Source: Squalus acanthias (Eukaryota). From it: a stretch of 64,000 nucleotides of DNA. The notes beneath the pieces are model-generated. The model made no database searches, was not told the origin of the DNA, and saw only the letters and a program-made list of their open reading frames with translations. Both the position numbers and the translations under genes were made by a program. The DNA lies in the NCBI GenBank assembly GCA_030390025.1, contig CM059431.1, positions 132,620,001-132,684,000 on the forward strand, written 5' to 3'. This document shows positions 54,200 to 64,000 of the stretch, one piece after another (the stretch's first letter is position 1; the number at the start of each line of letters is the position of its first letter).

Positions 54200-55660
54200 C
54201 TAAGGCAGGGGCGGTGGTAGGTGAGGTTATTGGTTAAAAGCTCAGCTTGGGGTCCAATAGGGCACTGAGGTTGTGAACAGTCTGGTTCAAACTAAGACAG
54301 TGGGCAGGGAGGGGGTTGGAAACAGTGGCAAATGTACAGAATTTGTGGTGGGGGCTGAAGGCGATAGCTTTGGTATTTGTGACTTTGATTAGGGCCATTT
54401 CAGTGCTGTGGCAGAGATGGAAAGCTGATTGGAGAGATGGGAAAGTGTTGTGGGAAACATGGGCAATGTATTTGGGAGGCGATAATGCATTCAAGGTCTT
54501 TGGAATGGAAAGGGAGATTCGGGATGGGGTAGTAGTTTGCAAGGACAAACTAGTCAAGGGTAGGTTTTGATGACGACGGTTTTGAAAGGGCGGGGATAAT
54601 ACCTGAGAAAAGGGAACCACTTACAATGTCAGCTACCATGGGGACCAGGAAGGGAAGTGGGGTGGTCAGCAGCTTAATGTAAATTGGGTCAAGGGAGCAG
54701 GAGTTGAGTTTCATGGACAAGAGGAACTTGGAGAGGACTTGAGAAGAGATGGGAGAGAAACGGGATCAGAGTTATGCATGGGGAATTCTGGGGGGAGGTT
54801 TTGCATAGTGGGCAAGGGAAGGTAGCTAGACAGCTGGTCTCAATCTTGGTGACAAAGAAGTCCATGAGCTCCTTGCACTTGTTGAAGGTGAGGGGGTGGG
54901 GGAGAAAGGTTTATGGAGATGGTTGGTCTTGGAGAAAGGAAGCCGGGGGTTATCTTTGCTCTCCAGGATGACCCTGGAGTAATGGTGGTTTTGGCAAAGG
55001 AGAGTAAGTCCTGATAACGCTTGATGTGGTTCAGCCAGATATGGTGATGGGTTGCTCAACCAGTTCTGTGCCAGTTACGCTCATGTCTGTGCCTTTTGAA
55101 CTTGAAGCAATGAAGGTGGGGGCCTTACCAAGGGAATGACCAGGATGAGGGAGAGTAAAGGTTTTACTGGGGACAAGGGCATCAAAGATGGAGGTGAGGG
55201 AGTGGTTGAGCAGCTGCAGAAATATCATGGTGAGTGGAAGGCCAAAGGCTATAGTCAGTTGGCAGCTTAAAAGCTTTGGGCAGAGTGTTTCCAGGGGCGG
55301 TTGCAGAAGGAAGTGGAGTTGGTAGGGGGCAGTGGGTGGTGAGGGATTTAACAAAGTGGTTGCAGGTGGCCTTATCTGTAATCGAGACCATGGGAATAAA
55401 GAGGCCATGTGAGGTGACCGGGTTGAGGAGCTGGCTGTGAATAAGGGTAGGAGAGTTTATAGGGAGGGAGAGGTTTAGGAGAACAAAGTTTGTAAAGGAG
55501 AGGTTAGAGTGATGGAATAAGGTCAGGTGCTTGAAGGAAGAGAAGGTGCCAGAGGAGTAGGGGGAGAGACCAAGATGTGATTTGGTTGATAAGAGCATGT
55601 TGCCACCACAGGGGTTTAGGCAGGACAGATGTTGAAAAGTTTAGCCAGGAGGGAAGGTTT
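54200..55660 (-). mobile_element. L2 LINE, degenerate and deleted
   Basis: LQSAFHLCHSTEMALIKVTN; similar to the L2 at 41722-43720. Confidence 0.75.
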
Positions 55661-55747
55661 CAAGGCAGAGTATCACCACTTGTGATAGTGCAATCGTCCA
55701 CAATAAGTCCCTGAAGGACGCCACTGCTGTCAATGAAATGAATTGGT

Positions 55748-55759
55748 TGCGCATGCGCA
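55748..55759. promoter_or_regulatory. Perfect NRF1 palindrome upstream of the ROCK1-like exon
   Basis: TGCGCATGCGCA about 200 bp 5' of the ATG in a CpG-enriched patch. Confidence 0.55.
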
Positions 55760-55956
55760 GTTTCTTTTTGGTGGTTCTGAGTGGGGGGAAAACTGTTGGG
55801 TGAAACTATGCTGTGCAGCCGTTTGCAGCGACTGTTTAAAACATCTGTTCGTTGCTCCGTGAAGAGGCTGTCACAGTCATATCAGAAGTGCTTATTTTGT
55901 ACAAGTTCTGTTTACTTTTTAATTGGGATGAAACTTTATAAAATAACGTGGACACC

Positions 55957-56050
55957 ATGTCGTCTGGAGAAAGTTTGGAGGCTCGGTTTGAAAAAAATTG
56001 AATCCATGTTAAAGGATCCCAAGTGCAAAGTGAACAGTGAAAGTTTGCTG
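55957..56050 (+). pseudogene. ROCK1: ROCK1-like first coding exon with a +1 frameshift (pseudo-exon or homopolymer error)
   Basis: Kozak caccATG; MSSGESLEARFEK / IESMLKDPKCKVNSESLL resembles ROCK1 MSTGDSFETRFEKMDNLLRDPKSEVNSDCLL; donor GTAAGT; 94 nt instead of 93 because of the A7 run at 55991-55997. Confidence 0.75.
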
Positions 56051-56499
56051 GTAAGTGTGAAGATTAATGATGAGTTTAATGCATTTCTGCCGAACAGAGC
56101 TGTGTCAGGAAAAGAAAATCTGGGCTAGCAAAACTCAGCAAACGTCGAATTTCATTAATTCTCTTCTCCTTTCCCTTCACACGGAACTTTCGATCCAAAC
56201 AAATAAATCTCCGCAATCCTCCCTCCCCCCCACGGAATTATTATACGTTAATATTAAACCAACCTAGAGCTCCACAGATTTATGCGATATTACGAATAAA
56301 GATTTATGCGCAGAACACGTCTGTGCAGCTTCCGGTCGTTGGCAGCAGTCACTCCGGTTCCTGAATGGCAAGGGTTTTCTTCAGAATGAACTACCTTCTC
56401 AACTCTTTATCCTCCCCTCTCCCTTACTCCGTGTCGTTCATCTCACCCACAACTCTCTGTCCATTCCTATTCGCTCCCCAAAGGGAAAATGGTTAGAGG

Positions 56500-56608
56500 C
56501 AACATTCCCTTTAAGCTGCGCGAGCAATGCTCTGAAGGTCCCTCGCAGCTGGGGAGCCGGCTTTTAAATCGAAAAACCACGCGGGCCAAAAAATTAGAGG
56601 GAACATTG
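56500..56608. mobile_element. 109-bp hAT-type MITE
   Basis: 15-bp TIRs caacattccctttaa / ttagagggaacattg; perfect 8-bp TSD gttagagg at 56492-56499 and 56609-56616. Confidence 0.85.
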
Positions 56609-57451
56609 GTTAGAGGCCCCCTCAACCTGCTTCCCTCAACGAGCCTTTGCTGTCAAAATTCAACTTCTTAAAAAAAAAATTGGAATGAGGAAAGAAACTG
56701 CCTGTCTGCTTCTTCCCTCTGTTTCCCTGTTTTATAGGTGTCAGAAATTAGTGTACATCATTAGCATTGACCTTTCTAACTCTTAAAAACGTGAGGTAAC
56801 TGGCTGGATTTGAAATTTAACTGCTGATTTTTGTTTTGATAAATTGAAGTAATAAATAACATCATCCTTCCCTCTGTCTGTCTGTCCCTCCCCCTATTTT
56901 TAAAAGTTTATAGAACACAAAAGAAAGGTTACAACAGATATGTAATCAGAACACTGTACTCTTAAGCACACACACGCACACTCTTAGACATTTATGAATT
57001 TTAACTCAAAACTTTTGAAATTTGTCCTCTATCTAGAATGGCAGAAGGTGGAAATAGGGGGATGGGGACAAGGACAGGCAGAAAAGTGGATGGGGAGGAG
57101 AGGAAGAGGATGGGAGAGTTGAAATAAAAATGGGACTGAGAAAAATTAATTAAATGAAGATGGGTGATTCATGAATTTAACGTAGCCTTACATTGGGGAG
57201 AAACGGCAACACATAAATAAATAAAGTTAACAATGGTGGAGATCAATGAATTAAATAAATTGGGGAGAAAGTTGACTCAACTAAAGATTTGGGGTTTATA
57301 AATTGAAAGGGCCCTTGCACATCAGCAACATTAATTAAATTAAGTTCCAAGCTTCAATCAACAAAATGAATTAAAAGATTGGGGTTTCACTGGGAAAAAT
57401 TAATTATGAAAAGATTGGAGCTATTCTAGGGATTACTGTGTAATAAAACCA

Positions 57452-57915
57452 TTGGCTGGGAAATTGGTTTCCAGCACAAGACGATTGGGCATCCCCATGC
57501 AGCTTGCTGCTTGAGGCCTTCTCAAAATCGATTGGCTCATACACTGAGCCAGCCCACAGGTAAGTCCTGGCGGAGGGGGGTGGGGTGAATGTGGGTCCAC
57601 AGCGGCCTGCAGTATTGCTATAGAGCCAGGAGAAGCACTCCTGTTCCTTCAGGCTTTACCTTAAGGCAAGTTTTTTTTAATGAAAATGTACCTGTTCTTT
57701 GACAGCCTCCAGTGGTCCCTTTTAGGACTGCTGGTTAGGCCACTGTAGACCCAAAAAAAACTGGGCGGAGCATGCTGGTCCAAAATTTTGGCATATTTGG
57801 CATTGGGTCCTAAAATAGGCATTAGACCCGGATTAGCATATTTAAGAGGCCTTGCACCTGTTTTAGGCAGGCACCTCGGGCACTTGAAGTCGTCAACTGC
57901 CAATTTGATAGCCAG
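57452..57915. mobile_element. Probable Harbinger-type MITE, degenerate
   Basis: Ends tggctgggaaattgg / ccaatttgatagcca; GC-richer interior. Confidence 0.45.
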
Positions 57916-58579
57916 CTCACTTCCGGGGGGGTGGGGGGAAATCAAGTGTGGGTGATCGTGCCCAGAAATTATGTTGCTATACTAATTTTGGCATTTGTAA
58001 TTTTCCAGGCATATCTTTTCTAGCTGAATCATCTATCTCAAATGAATTGACAACAATGGATTTTTTTTGCTATGTTTGATCCAATTGCCTAAAATTATAA
58101 AATTGGAGTAGCTTAAAGGCCAAACATTCTTCACCTAAATTAGAAGGTTTTTAGAAAAGTTTTTGAGAATGAACATTTTTGGAAGATTTTGGGATTAAAA
58201 AATGGTAGCCAAGCAGGAAAAAGACATAACAACAAACTTTGAATCAGTGCCTCATCAAAACTGTTCAACATTGTAGCTAATCTGCTACATGAGAGGTTGT
58301 ATCTTTTGCAATTAAAAATTGAAAGTTTGAGACTTGACCTGATAGCATTATGATGCTACTTTGCAATTTTGAAGTTTTCCAAGTGTATACTGTAACATTG
58401 AAAACTGAATTTTAATATTAGGTCTGAGTTAAAACCACCTAATGCTGTGATTATTGCACGATTCAGATCCTGTCAGTTATACTAAATATTGCATACTTTT
58501 ACTGTGGTCATGGATACAGAACCTGCTGTTATAATTGTAGTGTTGTAGATGTATTTAAATAAAATAGTTCTTCGTAGTA

Positions 58580-60989
58580 CAGGAAACTCTTTGGTATCCG
58601 GCACCGACGGGACCAGGGTGGTGCCGGTTGAATAAAAATTCCGGATGACGGAGAGGGTTATCTACCGAGGCTATTTTTAACCAACAAAAATAAAAAAATC
58701 AAGAAATGTGCAGTATACAGTAATTGGGTACTCACCTACAGAATGTTGTGTTAAATGGATGGTGGAAGATGCTTGATTAAGTACAGTACTGCCAGTTGAG
58801 GGTAATCCATAACTCTAATTACTTAACAGTAAAACAAAACTTATAAACGACTGTATACAGTACTGTAGTTGACGGTACACTTATTCCAAGTCAGCTGGTT
58901 CATCAGGAATATCCATGCCAGCTGGGTCATCAGGATCATGCACTTCCACAGATTCTTCAGGCACTTCCGCTGCTTCGACTCTTTTGGAAGCTTTCTTAAA
59001 CATGCTCCGGATGTCGGCTTGCTTAGTGGACTCTTGCCTTTTCTGTAGAAACGTGGAATGCAGAATATGGAGTTGCATAACTTCTTGGGCAGAGTAGCAA
59101 GGCTGCCTTTCAGCAAATTGGAGGATTGAAGCAAATCCTTCTGCAGCTTTAGCCCAAGAAATCATCTTCTCTTCAGAAATCTCATCCTCTTCACTTTCCA
59201 TCTCACTTTCCTTTTCTTTCTTTGGATTCAAAACACTCAATTATTTCATCATCACTTAGCATATGCACAACACCAACTTCTCTTTCTGCATCAACCCACT
59301 GCTCAATATCACTTTCACTGAGGTGACTTAGAGGGTTTGCTGGGCCTACATTTTTTACCATGCCAGCCATTTCCATTATTGTACTCTTCTTGGGACGAAG
59401 ATTGAACCCATGAAATTCCTCCTCTGAAGAAGAACCTTCAGCAAACATTACAGAAGGCCACAATTTGCGCCAGGCTTGCCTCAGAGTGTGACCTTTCACC
59501 AAGTTCCAGGAACATGCAACATTATATATAGCATCTTTAATACTGTATTCCTTCTGAAATGCGTGAATATTGTCATCTTGGTTTATCAGTTTACGTAGGA
59601 AGTCTTTCTTGTAATGACACTTCAGATTTTGGATAACGCCCTGGTCTATGGGTTGTATGAGAGAAGTTACATTTGGTGGCAAATAAATGGTGAAAATATT
59701 TCCCGAAACCAACTCTGATTCATGCGGATGGGCTCTACAATTATCAAGCAATAAAATGCATTTGCTATCTTCAGGTTTCCCTATTTTACGGAAATGTTCC
59801 CTCACAGATGGAACAAAAATATGATGCAACCAATAGGAGAAGATTTCCTTATCCAGCCAAGCATTTTTTTGATCTTTGTACTCAACAGGTAAGTGCCTCA
59901 CATTTTTAAATGCACGGGGATTTTTATACTTCCCAATAACGAGAAGTTTAACCCGGTGTGATCCAGCAGCGTTTGCACATGTTAGCACGGTTACACGATC
60001 TTTATTTTTCTTGTAACCTGAAGCATTAGCCTCACTAGCCCCAGCAAGTGTCGATTCTGGCAAAACCTCCAAAATAAGCCAGTTTCATCGGCATTATATA
60101 TCTGTGCTGGCGACAAATCATGTTGCTGCACAATCCGATTGAAATAATCGCAGTATTCTTCTGCGGCGTCGTGATCAGCTGATTTCTTCTCCCCAGAAAT
60201 AGAGTCGTCGTATCCCGTGCCGTAACTTGAAGCACGTTAGCCATCCCTCGGAGAAAGCACACTTGTCAGTGAGCTCCATCCTTACGTAGAAATCCTTCGC
60301 TTTCTCGATTAGCATAGGTCCGGAAAGTGGAACACCCTCTGAACGCTTAAGAGAAAACCACTCATAAAGCACGGTATCCAGCTCTTCAAGCTTAGGCTTA
60401 CGAAGCGTACGCCGTTTCTCTACACTCTTAGATGTCTCAGAGCTTGAATAAAACTTGAGCAGCTTATCCTTCTGCGATTTGATGTCGTAGATTGTTGACA
60501 AACCGATTTTGAATTCATTCATAATGTTGATATGCTTCTCTCCCCTTTCTAGTCGTTGGCATATCTCGATTTTCTGTTTTAAAGTGAACACCACTCTCTT
60601 CCTTTTGCTTGGACCAGCTTTTGGGAATTCCATTATGCAAGATGGGGGAGATAATTCATGATAAAGATGGAGAGACACACAGAAAAATGGTGGCTTGGAA
60701 GAGACTACCAGCAGCGCGGGAGACACACAGTAAGATGGCAGATCAGAAGAGACTACCGGCAGCGCGGGAGAATCAGACTCCTGTTACTGCGGTGTTCGGA
60801 CTTCCGACAGCGCCGGGAAGCCGAGTAGTGGCACTTTGGAGAACTACCCCCACTGACTAACTCGGCGTTTGCGGGAGACTCGGACTCTGCAACATTGCCG
60901 GTTATTGGGGAGGAGTTTTCGGAGTATGAATTTTGCCGGTTAATAGAGCATTCTGGATATTTAGGTGCCGTTTAAACGAGAGTTTCCTG
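58580..60989 (-). mobile_element. Tigger/pogo (Tc1-mariner superfamily) DNA transposon, full length, 2410 bp
   Basis: 26-bp imperfect TIRs caggaaactct...cggcacc; TA TSD on both sides. Confidence 0.93.
58881..60633 (-). pseudogene. Tigger/CENP-B-like transposase with about three frameshifts
   Basis: [12 protein letters not shown] (HTH_psq), [15 protein letters not shown] (CENP-B HTH), [27 protein letters not shown] (DDD triad), acidic C-terminus. Confidence 0.92.
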
Positions 60990-63465
60990 TACATTGAGTT
61001 TTGTAGCATGTTTCCGAGGTCTTCCAAGTGTAATTGGAGTTAATAGTAAATCTTCGTAATATTGCATTATAATGCATCACATCTGTGACAATTTCTTTGG
61101 ATTAGTTTATGTCGGATAACTTTAAGCAAAACAGCATCACATAAACTCTGAATCTCAGTTCAATTTTTCCTATTGGAATTCTGATCCAATTTTTCCTGTA
61201 GCATACAAAAATAAGTAAATGCGTGAAACCTTGTTGTAAAAGAAGTAATAGGAATGACTAATTTACTCGGAGTGATGAATGTATTGAACAATCTATGGGG
61301 TAAGGCAATAGAATCAGAAACATTAGGTGCATTCAGAAAGAGGCTAGCTGCTGCAGTGGGAGTTAAAATACTAAAGGGATGAGCTTTGATGGGCTGAACA
61401 GTCTTCTCTCATCCTTGTCTTTTGTTTGTTATGATCCATTGCATGTCATGATGACATTGAAGAATCTGTGCATACTGTTTGATGAGAACCTTTATTAATA
61501 AACTCTCTTTGATGTCAGCCAATCTAAGGTAGTTTATTTTTTCCAGATGAGAAGCCAGAATTTACAATCCATGTGGTTGAGGGAGATAATTCTTTAGCTG
61601 CCTCTTAAGTCGATCCTTATCTGATTAAGGGAGTGACTGGATAATCCCAAGCCCACAAATTGACAGAACACCATTCCTGCTGGGACCAAAAGGGCTCAGT
61701 GCTCCTATGAAAATTTAATTTAAATGACTGGTTAATAGCCACCCAGATCTGATTTTCCATGCTAAGCCATAGAGTAGTTTTCAACCCAACTTAAAAGTTG
61801 GTTTTAACACCACTGTGGGTACTTGTGGTGTATGTGTGTGTGTGATAGTGAGAATGATGGGGCGGATTGGGGGAGGTGGGGAGGATGATAAACTCAAACT
61901 GGCTGAATTTTTATTCCGAGTGGTGCAGGATTCCCAGTTGTTCATTTTGACCCACATTTGGGGCTATATCATTTTTTTTTAAATATCTAACTCATTTTCT
62001 TTGTGTGTGTGTGTGTAGTAAGGCTACATGCATAATTAGGAAATATTCCGCTAGTTTTATTTTTATTTATCAAAATTGGGGTCTGATTAAAAAAGTTTGG
62101 ATGGGCCATGAAAATGTAGGTAATGTGACCAAACAGTTTTGATAAAATTAGGATTAGAATCTCAATTTGTGGTTAATCTTTTCTGATTCTGCACTTACCA
62201 GCCCACAATTACCTGCCCATTAAAATTAATTGGCAGAAAATCATGGACTGGCTGGGACAGAAGCAGAAAACCTGGCCTATGTCTTCTACCTATACCAAGT
62301 TTTCAGATTCTTCAGGCCTTTTATTCCAACTACCAAGGTTTCCTATATTCCCTCACTGCTACTGAATTTTATCAATGGGATCAGAGAAAATCAGTGCTGG
62401 GTATAAGCTAAGCAAGGTAGCAGGCAAAGAGAATCAATATTACAAAAAGAGAGTGGAAAAACATGAAATACAAACAAATTTAGTTTAACGTTAAACAAAA
62501 AACTTCTTAAATTGGTATTTTAATTTCTTCAGTTCTCAAAATTGGCGCCATAAACCTTGGATTAAAATCTTTTCATCATTCCAGTTTCACTGTTCCCATG
62601 CTTCTCTGGGTGCATTCTCGATATATACAAGAAAACCATCCAGAAAGTTCAGGGAAATAATCCATAGTACATGGTTACTCTGGTGTGTACTCGCACTTCT
62701 ATATTTAGAAGATCCAGGGAGGTTTAAATTACAATATGCAGTAAGCTTTAACGATGTGTTTAATTTGCAATTATTTACTATAGGTAATTGCAGTATTTTA
62801 AAGCTGTACAACTCCCAGAAATATATATTTAGCAGAAAAAATAGAGCAACTGAAAAATAATTGTTTTGAAAATTTAAGGATCAAAAGTAATTTGATTTAT
62901 TTGTGGTTTGTATTATTGTGCCTGGACCAGTCAAATGAAAACTTAACTGATACCTTGGAACTGGGAAGAATTTAAATGTTTTTGAGTTGAATATCTAATC
63001 TTCAACATCTAAACACTTCCACCCTATCAGCCAGCTCATATCTACCCCATGAGAAAAGGTTTTCTTGCATTCAGATCATAGCCCTGGATTAACACTGTGA
63101 GAACAATAACATTGTGCACTTATATAGTGTACTTTAATGTAACAAATATCCGAGGCACTTCACGGAGGAGAATCAGACCCCGAGTAATAATAGAGAAAAT
63201 GACCAAAAGCTCGATCGAAGAGATAGGTTGGACGAGGCTTTTGAGGGTGTGGTGGGATGTAGCTTTAATTCCTAATTTTTATTTCCTTTATTTGCTCCTT
63301 CCAGGTTCGCACTTTAGCATAGTATTCCCCAATTCCATCAATCTCCAGCCCATTGTCTGATGTGTCATGATATGTTCTCGGGTTCCAAGTTTTTAAAAAT
63401 GTATTAACAGGCGAGGCCAGCATTTATTGCCCATCCCTAATTGCCATTGAGGAGGTGGTGGACCT

Positions 63466-64000
63466 TATAGAATCATAGAATAGTACAGCACAGAAGGAGG
63501 CCAGTCAGCCCAGCGAGTCTGCGCCTGCTCTTTCGAAGAGCAATCCAGTTAGTCCCACTCCTGCGCTCTCTCCCCATATCCCTGCAATTTTTTTCTCCTT
63601 CAAGTATTTATCCAATTCCCTGTTGAAGGCTACTATTGAATCTGTTTCCACCACCCGATCAGGCAGTGCATTCCAATCCTAACCACTCGTTATGTAAAAA
63701 AAAAAAATCCTCATGTCGCCTCTGGTTCTTTTGCCAATCACCTTGAATCTGTGCCCTCTCGTTCGACCCTTCGGCCATTGGAAACAGTTCCTCTTTATTT
63801 AATCCATCTAAATCCTTCATAATTTTTAAACACCTCTATCAAATTTCCTCTTAGCCTTCTTTGCTCCAAGGAGAACAACCCCAGCTTCTCTAGTGTATCC
63901 ATACAACTGTATTCCCTCATGCCTGGAACCATTCTAGTAAATCTCTTCTGTACCCTCTCCAAAGCCTTCATGTCCTTTCTAAAGTGTGGTGCCCAGAATT
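63466..64000 (-). mobile_element. CR1 3' end, running off the window
   Basis: tagaatcatagaa tail; similar to 49881-50505 and the start of the 37898 element. Confidence 0.88.

Noticed and set aside
58881..60633. Domesticated TIGD/JRK host gene
   Set aside because: Frameshifts plus retained TIRs and TA TSD indicate a transposon copy

Overview
Eukaryotic, repeat-rich vertebrate DNA; the CR1, L2, DeuSINE-type, Harbinger and Penelope repeat set suggests a cartilaginous fish (inference). Minus strand: coding exons 1-9 of TGDS (825 nt, 275 codons, all GT-AG, one continuous frame); the remaining exons were not found and presumably lie left of the window. Plus strand: GPR180 coding exon 1 lies head-to-head with TGDS (467 bp between the ATGs), and no further GPR180 exon was found in the next 26 kb. 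Instead, at ~56 kb there is a ROCK1-like first coding exon with promoter-like motifs and a +1 frameshift in an A7 run. The rest is mostly transposons: a four-layer CR1/CR1/Harbinger/CR1 nest, a near-complete Tigger/pogo element, a Penelope fragment with a 12-bp TSD and a degenerate minimal hammerhead ribozyme, MITEs, SINEs, L2 and CR1 fragments. A 1.7-kb GC-rich minisatellite abuts the TGDS exon-1 donor. I see no clearly new multi-gene system. The best leads are the out-of-place ROCK1-like exon, the splicing oddities in TGDS and the ribozyme. Homology calls come from recalled sequences, not database searches, and repeat boundaries without a stated TIR/TSD are approximate.
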